A stretch of 63,329 nt of DNA, the filler included, from Folioceros fuciformis (Eukaryota), in the NCBI GenBank assembly GCA_049999805.1. It is 13 parts of 13 records of this genome, joined end to end, with 100 filler letters (N's around TTAATTAATTAA, not from the genome) between each part and the next. Parts side by side here need not be neighbours in the genome. Positions count along the whole stretch, not along the records: positions 49,839 to 53,440 come from JBNGIO010001799.1; positions 53,541 to 57,967 come from JBNGIO010001800.1; positions 58,068 to 61,453 come from JBNGIO010001801.1; positions 61,554 to 63,329 come from JBNGIO010001805.1; 9 more parts are not named here. One strand, given 5' to 3'. Under the pieces are notes generated by a model that was not told where the DNA came from, made no database searches, and was given only the letters and a program-made list of their open reading frames with translations. The position numbers and the translations under genes are program-made. This document shows positions 49,839 to 61,998 of the stretch, one piece after another. Positions within the stretch are counted from its first letter, which is position 1, and every line of letters starts with the position of its first letter.

Positions 49839-52800
49839 AGTAATTGCAGGCTAGGATAGCGTTTTTTTTTTAATGCTTTTACTTGGACTGGAGCCGCTTG
49901 GAATCTAAGAGTGCCGACTGACTCCTGACAGACTTTATAGCGGAAAGACCGCCACCACCGTGTATAAAAGGCCAGTTTGAGGCTGGAGACTATAATCGAA
50001 AAGGGACCTTTGGAGGCGTCGCAGATGGGGCGCTACGAACCGAGGACGAGTGCCCGGAGTGTGAGGAAAAGAGGAACCATGAAAGTGGAGGCGCCGAGTT
50101 GGAGTGATTAAGTGCCGATTAAAACCCTGGCGCGTGTGTAGCTAAAAGACGATTGTGTGTAAACTGGCCTGGGTTTGGGCTGAGGTTGCGTGGATAGATT
50201 GAGGACTGTACTGTCCAAGGCCCCTTTGAAACTTCCTGAGTGGCAATATGTGCACGACGAATGCTGGTGTGTTTCAGTCGAGGTACTGGAGAATTGGCGG
50301 GTACGGGCGGAGGTCTGTGAGTTCGCAAGTGAGCGCGACTAGGAGTAAGTTGCTGGCGGTTTTGGGAGGCAAAGGATTGGTAAGTAGGTATTAGAGGGTA
50401 ACCCAAGTTAGTGGAGAGAGGAGGAGGCTTAGAGAGAGAGAGAGAGAGAGAAAGTGGGACCCATTGGGGTAGCCGGATGGGTGACCGTTACCCGGAGAGG
50501 AACGGGAGTTGGTTGGAGGGAAACGGGGGTAGTCCTGAGCAGAAGTAGTCGTAGGGGCAACGGAGTGGTTGAGGCGGTTGAAGAAGTGGCCAGAGCTGGG
50601 GTCGTCAAGAAGTCAAGAAGAGTGGGAGCGCCGGGTGTGACTTGGGTAGTTGGGGGGTCCTAAGGAGATAGGTACCCTTAAGGTAGTAATTGATTTTGAG
50701 AGGAAACCTGTGTAGTTGGACACAAATCATTCCCTTGGGTTCGAATCCCAATGCTATAACGACAAAGAGGGTTTGTGTGGACCTCGCAGCACCCCCGGGT
50801 GCAATATTTTCCCCTACACCTATCGCCGCGCTTGCCTCCTATCCGGCCGTCGCGTGCTCCTCTTTCGGCCGCCAAACCCCCGGGCCCTCCTTCCCCTTCG
50901 CTGGTCAGGCAGATCCTCCCATAAAACCTCTATCTCGCTCTCGCTGCCACCTGACTTCTCTTGTTGAGGCGTGGGTGGGGTCTGCCGAGGGGTCCTTCCC
51001 CCACCATCCGACCGCCTGTTGCTGAGGACCATCACGGGTTCTTGCTCCACCCATGCCTGCGCTTCTTCCTCCGTCAGCTCCTCCAAGACTACCTCCGAAT
51101 AACAAGGAGGCAGTCCCCACACCCGGAAGCAGTGAGAGAAGCATCCCCCGCGAGTCCTCAGTTGTAGGCAGTAAGTCCTTGTCCCTCCTATTTCCACATG
51201 CACATGGACAGTTAGGTTAAGCACACGGTCCCAATTCATGTAGAGGCCAGGAACATAAGTTTCCTCATCCAGATGTTGTAATACAATTTGGCTTCCTGCT
51301 GCAAATGAGGTGCTTACCCCCTCCTCCTGTGGGCTACCCCGAATTGCCTGTCTTCTGCTCTCCAAGGGTACTAGGGAATCCTCTACTCCTCTGGCTGCCG
51401 CTGCTGCCAGCCTCGTCCTCCTGGTGCGGATCCCCATCCCAGCTCTTCGGGTTGCAGGCTCCACGACTGTCGCTGCTTCCTCTACCCTGGTAGGGTTGTC
51501 CTCTACTGGTGTGGTCTCCCTCTAACTGGTAGCGACTTTGGCTACCTCGATCGTAGACCTGCTACTCCGTTTAGCCTTCCCTTTTCCTTTCACCTGGCTC
51601 TAGGCCTCATCCCGTTCGTGTTTACACTGGTCCGCAAGCTTCTGGACCTTCTCCACTGCAGCCACCTCCTGCTCTTGTGCCCTCAACAGCTCCTGTTGCA
51701 TTTCGTGATTGGCTTCATGAACCTCCTTGACTTGAGTTAGGAGCAGCTCCTGCTGATCCTTCTTGGCCTACATCTCCTCCCGGGCCCCGCGTACTTCCTT
51801 TTGTGTCTGTTCCTTAGCTGCACTCAGGGCCTGTCGAGCTTCCTCCAGATGCTCCCGCCTTACTTCTACGTCAGACAACTTGGCTTGCACCTCCTCTTCC
51901 CTCTGCCCCTGCATGCTCAGCCAAGTGAGCGCCCGTGCAACCTATTCCAACATGTCCGCCTACGCCCGAACCATGGCCGCTGTCAGGCCTGGTAAATCCA
52001 TTTGCTGGGACACGCCTCCAGTAGCCATTCCTCTGTCCAAGATCCCTCTGCCCAACAATGTGGACACCCTGACCAGATCCTCCTCCTACAAATTCGCCAC
52101 CAAGGGGGTGGCCCTGAAAATCTCTTCCCACCCCGAAAAGAGCTCTTCCCTGGAGTCAGCCCTAACTTCTCTGCCACCTCAGCTAGTCTTACCCCCTCTG
52201 CTAGCGCTAATTCCCTGCGTTTGATTGAGGGGGTGCCCGATTGCCTGTCACATGTTTTTCGGGCAAAATCCTACAGCGCCGGATCTCCCGCTGCTCTGGT
52301 GACGCACCCACTGACCTTCCTCCTCTTCGCGGGGGTCTTCCGCCTGGCCCCTACCTTCCTCTTCATGTTGACAGTCGCCTCCTCTTTTGAACTCCCTATT
52401 GCTCCAGACTCCCAGCTGCTGGATTGGGCCTCCTCCTTGGGCTCCTTTGGCTTCCACTTGACTTCCCAAACAGGCTTCCACATGTGCAGGGAAGCAACCA
52501 CCTCTAACTCTGGCAGACTGTTAGCATAAGAATACAAATGGACCAAGAAGAGTAAGGTCATGACGGGCAGGGGGTTGGAGAAGTCAGATTCTGCCTCTCC
52601 TCATTTAGTCGGTCGTAGATAATCTTCCCCCAGTCAATCCTGCTCCCCTTGACCACTTCGTATAGAAACAGCAGCATGTGGTCCGATAGGTAGTCTTGCT
52701 TCCTGTTGTGCAAAAAACACAAGAGCCACCTGGCCAGACCCATGAGCTGGGCGGTCGTCATCTCCCGCGCCAGCTAGCCGTTGGCCTCCCTACCAATTCC

Positions 52801-53440
52801 ACTTTTGAATAGCGCCGCTGCCGCCGCCGTGATACTGCGCTTTCTCAGGGACTTGATCACGAGTCCCCCGGCTTCCTCCTGACTCTGCCCATACACTGTC
52901 TTGACTAGTTCGACGTCCCAGCCCTGGGGCCTCTCCCTGGTCCCTTCCCCTTTTATTCTGTTCCGCAGCCGATGCGCTCACTCCTGCACCAGAGCAGGGG
53001 TTACATGGTTCCACCTCTTGGCCATGAACCCGAGGCCTAGCTCCTCTACCAGCCCTCTGGCTCTTGCCTTCCAATGGTCCATATTAGGCCAGAGGGCTAC
53101 CTCCACCTGAGGTATCGGCTCCAGCACTGCATACCTAGACGACTCCTCCGGCGCCAACTCTATGGTAGCTCCCTCCATCACGATCCGCTCCTCCGTCGCT
53201 CTGGCATCGCCGCCTCTCCTGATACTGGCGCGCTCCACTCCTCCCCTGACCTGTCCAAGCAGTCGCCGTGCTTAGGCTCTGTCTGCATCCCATTCACTCG
53301 CCTACACCTCGCATCCTATCCGCCACGTCTGCTCCCCGACACTGCTCCCGACGTGGTTGTGCTCCACTTCGAAAATGCCTTGGGACCCTTGGGTCCCTAC
53401 TTAGGGTTTCCATTCGTCCGCGACGCTTCGGTTCCACTAC
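49839..53440 (-). mobile_element. Probable Ty3/gypsy element region carrying a degenerate accessory ORF
   Basis: ORF pieces 52978..53238, 52558..52761 and 52271..52561 join across stops/frameshifts into one long protein (LLFLYEVVKGSRIDWGKII, a basic patch, then a coiled coil to ~51523). A second ORF lies at 50820..51464. No gag/pol in this contig, so the superfamily is inferred. Confidence 0.5.
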
Positions 53441-53540
53441 NNNNNNNNNNNNNNNNNNNNNNNNNNNNNNNNNNNNNNNNNNNNTTAATTAATTAANNNN
53501 NNNNNNNNNNNNNNNNNNNNNNNNNNNNNNNNNNNNNNNN

Positions 53541-53914
53541 TCTGTCTGTCTCGACGAATACGCATGCCAAGAATATGGCTTGCCTCTCCCAAGTCTATCA
53601 TGTCAAAGCGAGCATTCAACTTTGACTTCAACGCTGAAATCTCATCACTGCTAGTCCCAATAATTAGCATATCATCCACAAAGAGGACCAGAATGAGCAA
53701 GCTTCCATCCTTAGCTTGCTTCGTATAGAGGCAATGATCCTCCTTGCTACGTTTGTAGCCTTGAGAAAGCATACATGAGTGGAACTTGTAATACCACTCC
53801 TTGGGTGCCTGCTTCAAACCATAAAGGCTCTTCTTTAAGCTGCACACCAGATTCTCTTTGCCCTTCTCAATGAAACCCTCTAGTTGCTACATGTATACCT
53901 CTTCCTGGAGATCA
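53541..53914 (-). mobile_element. Ty1/copia (Tnt1-like) RT fragment, host of a nested insertion
   Basis: DLQEEVYM*Q.EGF..VCSLKKSLYGLKQAPKEWY..LFVDDMLI..DLGEASHILGMRIRRDR. Confidence 0.92.
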
Positions 53915-56900
53915 TGACAAATTCGAATAATACATTTGTTTATTATTTGAATTGTATTGTTTGTAAAATAATCATTTTATTGTTTGATATATATATCTAT
54001 ATATGTTCCATCTATGGTCATCCATAATAACAAGTGTGTCTCAGCTTAAATACAATAACCTAGACTAGAAAATGAAAAGACGCACCTATTGACTTAACCC
54101 AGCGAGTTAGGGTTTATCCAAAACGCTCTCACACTCCCTCTTAAACCACCACGAGCGGGGAACTACGCATGAGGGATCTGCCATTACTCCCCAGCTACTC
54201 TACTGGAGTGGGAATGATCAGCGCGTTCTCTTCGTGAAGGCGATGACAGCACAACACGAATTTCCACTATAAATGTCACTCACCATGGAGATGCGCAATG
54301 AGGACGTGCATTTCGATACATATTGGAATGACGACAAGCAACGGGGAACTTCAGGAGAGCCACGAGGATCGTCCCAACAGGAAGCGGACCAAGATAGGAG
54401 AGGCATCTGCAGAGACACATCTCGTGGCGCGGCGATCACCACTAGTTGACATGAAGGAGGCTTTGCGAAACTACAAGGTGAGATGGGGTGCTATCTCTGA
54501 GATTTTGTGGCACCTGTTTGTAGACGAAGGAGACTCCGTTTCTTCTGATTGCACCGAACCCATTCCGAAAGATGATAACCTTGATCTGAGCGAGGGAGAG
54601 GAGGAGAAGGTGAGCAACTGGTTGGCGCTCCAGCATCTGCACCAATCTGTCATCACTAATAAAGCTCTGACCAGAACCATTCAGCAGCAGGTGATTTGAT
54701 TGTTCGCTTATGCTTCATCCACCTGTTGTTGAAAAATCTGCCGTCATTGTAACTCTAACATAGGCTACTAACACAAATAAACTTCTGTCATAGGAAACTG
54801 GCCATACGAGGTCCTCTGCTGAAGTTCCTATGACCAAGAAGACTGAGAAGGGGGAAACTTCATCAGGAATAAAGTGTGCTTCCTCATGCTCTTAAATTGA
54901 CAAACTGTAGAGAGATCATTGTGAATCAGAACCAGCTGCCAAGAATCAAGGAAGGGGGACTACATATTTTGAGAATAATTATAGAAGTTTATTAGTCCTA
55001 AGCCCTCCATATGTTGATAGTGCTTAGTTTTTGATAGATCTTTAGTTAGGATGTCGGCAGTATTTTCATCGGTAGGAACATATCCTATTGTTGCTGTTCC
55101 CCTTTCAACCACATCTATGATGTAGTGGTGCTGAATTTCAATATGTTTAGTTCTAGCATGAAATTTGGGATGGGCAACCAAATCAAGGGCGGACATATTA
55201 TCACATAATAATGAAGTGGGCTCATCCTGTATTTGTCCCAAGTCTGCAAGGAAGGTTCGTTCCCATTCCAGTTCCTTTGAGGCTTCAGTTAAGCTCTTGT
55301 ATTCTGCTTTAGTCGATGATAAGGCAACTGAAGCTTTTTTCTTGTTGCTCCAGTTGATAGCTGCTGATGAAAGCATGAAGCAATAAGCGAAAAGGCTCCG
55401 TCTTGAGTCACTATCCGATGCCCAATCAACATCAGTAAAGCCTGTAAGGGTAAGTTTATTCGTCCCTGTTGATTTGTATGCTAGACCATAAAATTCTGTC
55501 CCTTTCAGGTACCTAAACACTCTCTTAGTTGCTACCCAATGTGTACGACCTGGATTTTCCAAGAATTGAAATAATGTACTAATTACATATTGTATATCAG
55601 GATGTGTCCAGTTCGCAATAAACAAGAGGCTTCCAACAGCCTGTTGATAGGGGACTGCAACCATTTCTTTAATCTCCTCATGCCCTTGGGGGCATTGAAA
55701 GCTGGTAAGTTTGACCCCAAGGGATATTGGTGTGGCTGCTAGACATGCTTTTTCTAGCTAAAAACGTGTCAGCATTTCTTGTATGTATTGATACTGCTGT
55801 ATGATCAATAACCCTTCAGCTCTAACTCTTAGTAGCTGAATGCCTAGACAGAATCTCAATTCACCTGTATCCTTCATTTCAAACTTGTTACTAAGCATCT
55901 CCTTTGTATCAACAGAGACTGGTCATTTGTTGCAAGGATCACATCATCGACAAATATAGCCAAGATCACATATCCTGGGCCTTTGGTGAGTTTGTAAACA
56001 TTTCCGTCAACAGTACTTTGAACAAAGGAGTTATTCAATAAATGTTCATGGATGTTAAGGTACCAAACTCTCCCACTCTAATTTAGCCCGTACATAGTTT
56101 TCAATAGCTTCAGAACTTTATTTGGATACTTAGGGTCTATATAACCTTCTAGTTGGATCATATACAGGTCTTCATTCAGGGAGCCATAAAGATAAGCTGT
56201 ACAAACATCCATTTGCTGTAAGTCAAGATCGAATTCAGCAGCAAGTGCGAATATCATCCTTATTGACAGTGCCCTTACAATAGGAGACAATGTCTCTTGG
56301 TAGTTAGGACCCTCAACTTGAGTAAATCCTCATGCCACAAGTCTTGCTTTGTATCTTGCTATTTCTCCTTTGGCATTCAATTTCAGTTTGAATACCCATT
56401 TACAAGATATGGGTTTTCTTTCTTTTGGTAAATCAACAAGGGTCCATGTGTTGTTTTTGACAAGGGAATTGTATTCATCATCAACAGCAAATTTCCAATT
56501 ATCTTTTGTGGGTCCTGAATAAGCTTCTGTAAGTGTCTTGGGTTCAAGGTGAATTGTACTAGATGCTGAGTTGCATATCTCAGCATATGATGTTCTGAAG
56601 TTCACTGACTCATATCTTGGCTCCCTCCACTGTTATGGAGGGTTTCTCTGTCGAGTATATCGTCTTAAAGGAGGATCAATGTCAGGGACAACTTGTGCAT
56701 TCTGTGGTAAGTCTTGTGTCTCGTTTTCCAAGGGTATCACCTCTCCCTCTAAATCTAGAACATATGGATGATTTGCAAATTGTTCCTAGTGTTCTGCTGC
56801 AGGTGGGCTTTGTGCAGCTTGGACATCATGATCTTGTTGGTGCTCCTGAGTATTCTTTGGAGGTGCTATAGTAGGAATATATTCATCGTCAATAGTGTCT

Positions 56901-57967
56901 TCAGATGGATAAACTGCATCAACAGGGTCAGCAGCGGAAGTAAGGGGAGGTAAATCTCCCGAGGGTGTGATATTCGTTAAATGATCTGAGAGGATTGGCT
57001 CTGTAATTTCCAGGAAAGTAACAGATCGTGCTAACACCACTTTCTGATTTGTAGAGTCATATAACTTGTACGCTTTGGATTGCTCGCTGTAACCCAGAAA
57101 AACAAGGCTTGGGCTCGAGGATCCAATTTCCTGCGTTTCTCCCCTGGAACAAGAGCAAAAGCCTTGGAACCAAAAACTCTAAGGTGTAACAGACTAGGCT
57201 TACGGTGCCACAATGCTTCGTATGGTGTCTTGAAGGTAAGAGAACTAGTAATCAGTCTGTTCAATATGTAGGTCGCAGAAACTATGGCTTCTGCCCAAAA
57301 AGTTTGTGGTAAACCTGCCCATAATAGCATGCTTCTCGTCATGGACTGGAGAGTTTGATTCTTTCGTTCAGCAACTCCGTTTTGTTGTGGAGTGTACGGA
57401 ACAGTGAGCTGACGTTCGATTCCTTTTTCCTCTAGGAAAGAATCGAAGGCATGGTTCACAAATTCGGAGCCAATATCAGTGGGAAGACATTTCAATTGCT
57501 TGCCTATTTGGCATTCAATCATATGGAGCCATTCCTGAAAAATGGTAAAAGTGTCACTTTTCAGGTGAATTGGGTATGTCCATGTATATCTGGAGAAATC
57601 ATCTCTGAGGCAGAGGTAATATATTGCTCCCCTTAATAAAGCAACTTGTATTTTTCCAGAAATGTCAGCATGGACTAATTCCAGGATTTCTATAGCACGA
57701 TGAGATGTTGTCTGAGGAAATGGCAGTTCCTTCTGCTTGGCCACAATACAAGCCTCACAGGGAGGTAGCTCCTTGAATACTTGAGGTAGACTTTCTTCAT
57801 GGCAATCCTCCAAAGACATGTCAAGTAACTTACGTTTGTTGACGTGCCCTAATCTTGCATGCCATAGGATAGCAAGTTTCATTGATGGTTTTGTAACAGC
57901 GGATACACTGTGCTGAACAACATAAATATCCAGCTTATACAAACCATGTTCTATCACACCTCTGAAC
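53915..57967 (-). mobile_element. Ty1/copia element (IN-RT-RH, extra 3' region, PPT, 3' LTR), degenerate
   Basis: ORFs 57031..57957 (LWHARLGH, DDFSRYTW, QQNGVAERKN), 56330..56605, 56078..56290 and 54960..55664. Minus-strand PPT AAGAGGGAG at ~54135-54143. LTR 54134-53915 (TGTGA...TGTCA). Confidence 0.95.
54298..54895 (+). CDS. Putative spliced antisense accessory ORF of the copia element
   Basis: 133-codon ORF (RPNRKRTK, acidic patch) ending at CAG|GTGATT. Intron 54691-54793 joins it in frame to a 33-aa exon ending TAA at 54893-54895. Confidence 0.4.
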
Positions 57968-58067
57968 NNNNNNNNNNNNNNNNNNNNNNNNNNNNNNNNN
58001 NNNNNNNNNNNTTAATTAATTAANNNNNNNNNNNNNNNNNNNNNNNNNNNNNNNNNNNNNNNNNNNN

Positions 58068-59478
58068 TGCAGGTCATATCAGTCAACGATTCTCGCAGAA
58101 CAGTTAGATCTATTTTGACTCAAACGTTCAAATCGAATTAGCGTGATGATGGTCGTTTCAAGCGTTGATTCTCGCAGAACATCATCCTTTTTCCTCAAAG
58201 GATAAACCCACACCTTGTGTGAGAAGTCATCAATGAAAGTGACAAAATAGGATGCACCGCCTAACGATACAGTGGGCATAGGTCCACAAACGTCACTGTG
58301 AACCAATTCAAGAGGTTTACTTTTGTGTTTACCTCTTGCTCCATGTGGTGACTTCGTCTGTTTCCCATATAAACAGTGCTCACACACGGAGAAGTCTAGA
58401 CCCTATCAGAAGTGACCTCTGGTAAGTCCAAACCTCCAGACTTCCCACGGAGAAGTCCAGACCTTCCTGATATGTCCAGACTTCATAAATTCGTTGTGAG
58501 GACTTCGTGTCAAACATGACCAAGCTATCTTCATTAATTTTGAACATCATCTGCAATGTCTGAGGAGCAAGTAATTGACAAGGTTACACACTCAGACGAG
58601 GACGCCAAAAAACTTAAAAAATGGCTTGCTAAAGAAAGAGCCAAGTAGTAAGAAGATTGGAAAAGAAAGACTTTTGACTATGCACATGCAACTATGGTTT
58701 ATGGAGAAGGTTTTAAGGAGAAAGATAAATTCAATGGAAAAGGATATGACGTTTGGCAAATACGTACCAAAGGAGTACTGCGACAACATGACTTATGGGG
58801 TATGGTTAGTGGTGATATTGATCGTCCTCTCTGGAATCAAGATTCTAAATCAAACTGGGACATGAAGGATCAGAAGGCTCAAGATATCATCATAAGTGGA
58901 CTTACCGAATCAATGGTCTGACAAGTCTTAGAAGCAGATACCTCCAAGGAAATGTGGGACTGTCTTGCTCAAATTTATGCTTCAAATGATGTGATGAGCA
59001 TATTGATGGCCACCCAAAATTTCTAGAATCTCAGGATGAAGGAAAACGATTCCATTGATAGCCATGTAAGTGCTTTTAGATTGGCTAAAAATAACCTTGA
59101 AGTAGCATCTGGCGAGAAAATCTCCGAAAAGAATGCATTCATTAATCTCTTTTCCACTCTACCATCTTCCTATCGGGTGTTCGTGACAACACAAAATGCC
59201 GTCCTTTGCAATGCACAGAAGACAATGGCATCTGAAGGTTCCTCAACACTGGATATCAGCTTAAATGAGCTCATAGGAGCCATAATACAGGAGGACTTCA
59301 GCCGTCGTCATGACACTTGCTCCACCAAACAGCAAGTGATGCTCACTAGAAGGGGCAGAAGTAGAGGTAGGGGCCGTGGCCATGGCCAAGGTAGAAGACC
59401 CAATAACTCTCGCCCATAAAACAACTCCCCTCATGGAGAATCTACATCTTGTTCAAAGCCTGCAATAAATAGTGTCTA
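58068..59478 (+). mobile_element. Ty1/copia 5' UTR and degenerate gag, truncated by an insertion
   Basis: FKEKDKFNGKGYDVWQIRTKGVL..LWGMVSG, TSKEMWDCL, LRMKENDSIDSH, LPSSYRVFV, RGRGRG. Homologous to the gag at 39234. Stops at 58919 and ~59024. Confidence 0.88.
58176..58397 (-). mobile_element. Inverted ~220-bp integrase fragment from the Tnt1-like family seen at 11371-11592
   Basis: CEHCLYGKQTKSPHGARGKHKSKPLELVHSD..GPMPTVSLGGASYFVTFIDDFS.KVWVY.LRKKDDVL, nearly identical to ORF 10433..11632. Confidence 0.93.
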
Positions 59479-61453
59479 ACCCAGACGGGCGTATTCCGCC
59501 ATTTCGGGCTTCGCAAGATTTTGATGCTGAAAACTCGGGTCAGATATCCGTATTTTCCCGTGTTTTTGTCAGGAGAACCTGAAATGTGGCCTAAAAGAGT
59601 GTTGAGTATAAACTTAATCATCACTTGTTTCCAAAGTACTAGCAAATTTGCGGGTGTCATTGCAATCAAATACATGACAAAACCTTGTAATATGGCGGGT
59701 ATCACGTAATTCACGTGTTATCGGATTCCATGTAAAGTTGTAGGTGTTTGAGCGATACCTCATATCAGGTGACCCTATTCCTCAAAATTATCACATGTCT
59801 ATATCTATATGCATTTTTCAGAAACGGTGGCGAAATAGAACACCAGTGACCCAGCGCGGAACAAGTGGGAGTGCGCCGGCAGACAGGCGCACTCTTTAGT
59901 AAAGTGCGCTGGTTGACCAGCGCACACTTTCAAAGGCACATGTATGTCAAGTGGAAACGGGAACTTGACTGGCGCTACATACAATAATTATCATACTAGT
60001 TTGTACTTAACACTTTATCTAAACGTCTTACAATTTTTCATTATTTTCAGGCGGCTGTGTATCCTGGTCGAGATTGAGGACGTATAGGTTTCTGCAAATG
60101 AGAGTCCTCGTTCGGGAGGGTAGCTGTTTTTGGCGTGTCAAGTCAAATCCATATGCTAGAATAAAAGTGTCTTCAATTAATAACATATCTATATGCTTCC
60201 GAAGTCTTTTGCTTGACCTGCGTCTGCGACTGCCACGTAACCCTCTTGGCGGAGCTTCATGTGGTAAAATCATCTCTTCTTGGTAACGACCCTCAAAAGC
60301 ATCTGAACATTTGGTTACCCACCTGTGCACTTTGACATATGGTTTTTCGCATGTAATATCTGCCTCTAAGACTTTGGCAATCCAAAACGGCCTATTGTCT
60401 TCGTCAGTCTCGCAAGGGACTGCAATCATATGCCCTTTTTCTATTTCGGTTATGTCCCCATTCAAACTGTCATGGTCGTCATTGAGGTCCGTCTCCCTAC
60501 AGTATGCCCCCACGTACATGTTTCTTCTGGGAACCTTGCGGATGTGTGGATTGTGAACAACCATTTTGTATGGAACAGTAATGAGTGTGTTCAATATTTC
60601 TGCCGCCTCCCGATTATACCACCACCAAGGAGAATCAAGGTCTCTGTCTACACCGGAGTTTATAGAATGCACGATAGCCTCTTGCTCTACCCAAAACCCA
60701 TCCCAGAACAAGACACAGACAAGGTGCAAAAGATGGTGGACAGGCAGACCTTGCCATATCGGGTAGCGAGATGCATAGGTGTTCTGTGGGACAACGTGGA
60801 TAGGATCTTTAGAATGTGGGAACAGGGTGAGCTCCCAGAGCAGAAGAGCGTGGTAACTGCCGGGACAACAAGAGGGCAAAGGCGAAAAGGAAGACAGGAG
60901 ATTCTGCCCAGCAAAGTTTTGTTACCCAGGTTACCGAAGACAGCAGCAGGAGGCCAGGAGCTATGCAGGGCAGGCCATGGAGAGCCTTTCAAGGCGTCCC
61001 AACAGGTGTGAAGGGAGAGGAGATGTTGATAGCGGTGATGTAGAAGGTCATCCAGGGGAAGCTTCAATTGCGGGACATGGACACTGAAGTAGGGAAGAAG
61101 AAGAAGATACACCTGATCCAACATGCCTTCCGACTGGCAATGAGGTGCAAAACCTTTGAGGAGGCCGAAGAGATGTACCTGAAGCACATAGAAGATGGTC
61201 ATCTCTTAAAATTCCAGACTGCCTTTGCCAAAGTGGTAAGTTTTTGCGTTCATTTCTCGTGTTACTAGTCTGGTTCCTTAAGCAGGAGTGTGCCTGTCTA
61301 CCGGCGCACTTGGCCACGAGCCGGCCCCAGTGCGCCGGTAGATCAGTGCACTGGAGCAGCTCAGAGGCAAGAGTGCGCCGGTCTACCGGAGCACTGGTGC
61401 CGGCTCGGGTCGAGTGTGCCGGTCTATCGGCGCACTCGAGATGGCTGAGGCTC
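59479..61453. mobile_element. Probable DNA-transposon relic inserted in copia gag
   Basis: gag homology stops abruptly at CCCAGACGGG. Palindromic repeats on both sides of two opposed ORF fragments (minus 60028-~60650 with GHMIAVPC..RPFWIAKV..VKVH..FDLT; plus ~60660-61235). No catalytic domain visible. Confidence 0.45.
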
Positions 61454-61998
61454 NNNNNNNNNNNNNNNNNNNNNNNNNNNNNNNNNNNNNNNNNNNNTTA
61501 ATTAATTAANNNNNNNNNNNNNNNNNNNNNNNNNNNNNNNNNNNNNNNNNNNNTAATTACTTAAATGTAATTGATTTACACCTTCTTATTAATTTTGTCA
61601 ACAATCCCTCACAATCTCTCATGGGTTTCCATAGGCTTCCACAGCCACTCACAAACACGTAAAAATCTTGCAGCAAGTCTCTAGATTTTGCATCCAATCT
61701 TCAGCATTCTTCCTCCATTCTCCAGCAATCTTCTCAATCGTTTTCTCTTCAGGTCTTCAACAACGTTCCAGCTCTTCCACCAATGTTTCAGCAACTCCAG
61801 CAACCTCTCACAGTCCTTCACAAATGTATAGGGACTCCTAAGAAATTCCCCAGCAATCTCGTCCAAACCTCAGCAAACAATCACCCAGCAATTTCTCAAT
61901 GATTTCTTAGCAAATCTCCTCTAGCAATCTTCCACGGTTCTCTTCAGTCTTCCAGCTCTCTCTCCTCACCAAATACAGCACGCACCTGATGGTTCAGT

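Noticed and set aside
50735-50751. tRNA T-arm/B-box-like TTGGGTTCGAATCCCAA
   Set aside because: No acceptor, D or anticodon arms at the right spacing; at most a SINE-like remnant.
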